Source of the DNA: an uncultured Actinomycetes bacterium
GTDB lineage: Bacteria; Actinomycetota; Thermoleophilia; Solirubrobacterales; Solirubrobacteraceae
Reading direction: 5' to 3'
Assembly: GCA_963822725.1 (NCBI GenBank)
Contig: CAWGIR010000004.1
Coordinates: 35,471-99,470, forward strand
Length of the DNA: 64,000 bases
In this document: piece by piece, positions 63,274-64,000 of the stretch
How the letters are laid out: each line of letters opens with the position of its first letter
Numbering within the stretch: position 1 is the stretch's first letter
Position numbers and translations under genes: made by a program
Notes under the pieces: generated by a model
What the model was told of the DNA's origin: nothing
The model's input: only the letters and a program-made list of their open reading frames with translations
Database searches by the model: none

Positions 63274-64000
63274 GCCGGGGCCTGGAGGCGGGCGATCGCT
63301 CGGGTGGCGTCGACCAGGGCGTCGAACAGCGGCAACAGGTCCGCGGCGCGTTCGGCGACCGCGGCGCGCTGCGCGGCCACCGTCAGCTCGTCGCCGCGCG
63401 CGACCGGACCCGTCAGCGCCCGCTCGGGGCCGAGCCTGGCCCAGTTCTCGACGGTCGCCCGGACGAGAGGAGCGAGCAGCTCGCGGTCTACCCCTGTCGT
63501 CCCAGCGAGCCGCTCGGCGGCGGCCTCGAGCGTGACCAGGAAATTCGATGCGATCGACGCGGCGGCGTGGTAGGCGGTCCGGTCCTCGTCCGCGACCGCG
63601 ACGGGCCGCAGTCCGAGGGTCTCCGCAACCTCGGTCGCGAATCGAACGGCGCGGGGCGTCGTCCCGGCGACGGCCGCGCCGGCGCCGTCGAACCGGGCGC
63701 GGCCGCCGGTCACCGCCAGCAACGGGTGCATTGAGAACGCCTCGTGGGGTGCCAGGGGGTGGAGGGGCGTCGCGCCCGAGCAGTGGCCGACGAGCGGACC
63801 CTGGGTGATCGCGCCGGCGGCGTTTTCGATCTCGGCGTCCGGTACGCACAGAAAGACAGCATCCGCCTGGCCGGGGTCGGCGCCGTGGCCGAGCGGCCCG
63901 TCGACCGGGTACCCAGCGTCACGCAGCGCCGCGGCCAGGGCGGTACCAAGCCGGCCCTGGCCAATAATTGCCAGGCTCGGACAGGACGGGTCGTCCGCTG
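63270..64000 (-). CDS. Rossmann-like + DUF2520 protein (PanG-type ketopantoate reductase candidate), 5' end beyond the window
   Basis: Frame extends upstream: LAIIGQGRLGTAL...LCVPD...HCSGA...MHPL...YHAAA.IASN...LTGPVARGD. Confidence 0.82.
   Translation of the reverse strand, partial: ADDPSCPSLAIIGQGRLGTALAAALRDAGYPVDGPLGHGADPGQADAVFLCVPDAEIENAAGAITQGPLVGHCSGATPLHPLAPHEAFSMHPLLAVTGGRARFDGAGAAVAGTTPRAVRFATEVAETLGLRPVAVADEDRTAYHAAASIASNFLVTLEAAAERLAGTTGVDRELLAPLVRATVENWARLGPERALTGPVARGDELTVAAQRAAVAERAADLLPLFDALVDATRAIARLQAPA

Overview
High-GC (about 70% by eye) actinobacterial chromosome segment. Gene order and protein style point to Thermoleophilia/Solirubrobacterales (inference). Most of it is core housekeeping: leuS-holA, rpsT, murJ-lepA, hrcA-dnaJ-prmA, mtaB-yqeY-phoH-ybeY-era, hisIE-trpE/trpG-D-C-F-B-A, a Liv-type ABC transporter with three tandem binding proteins, malic enzyme, polA, rpsA-coaE, uvrB-DivIVA-uvrA and the panG-panC-panD-panB block. 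The first ~8.2 kb carries many single-base insertions (leuS, murJ, lepA, SDR) that look like long-read errors. I saw no transposase, phage, CRISPR, tRNA or rRNA. Notable non-core signals: (1) a sensor kinase / Rcp1-like receiver / REC-PAS-GGDEF-EAL cassette preceded by a perfect sigma28 (FliA/WhiG) promoter and a palindromic operator; (2) a secreted glucuronyl C5-epimerase-like gene splitting the trp operon; (3) a dispersed pair of near-identical REP-like palindromes; (4) a MocR-type regulator divergent from an unknown protein, with a tandem operator; (5) many apparent leaderless promoters.
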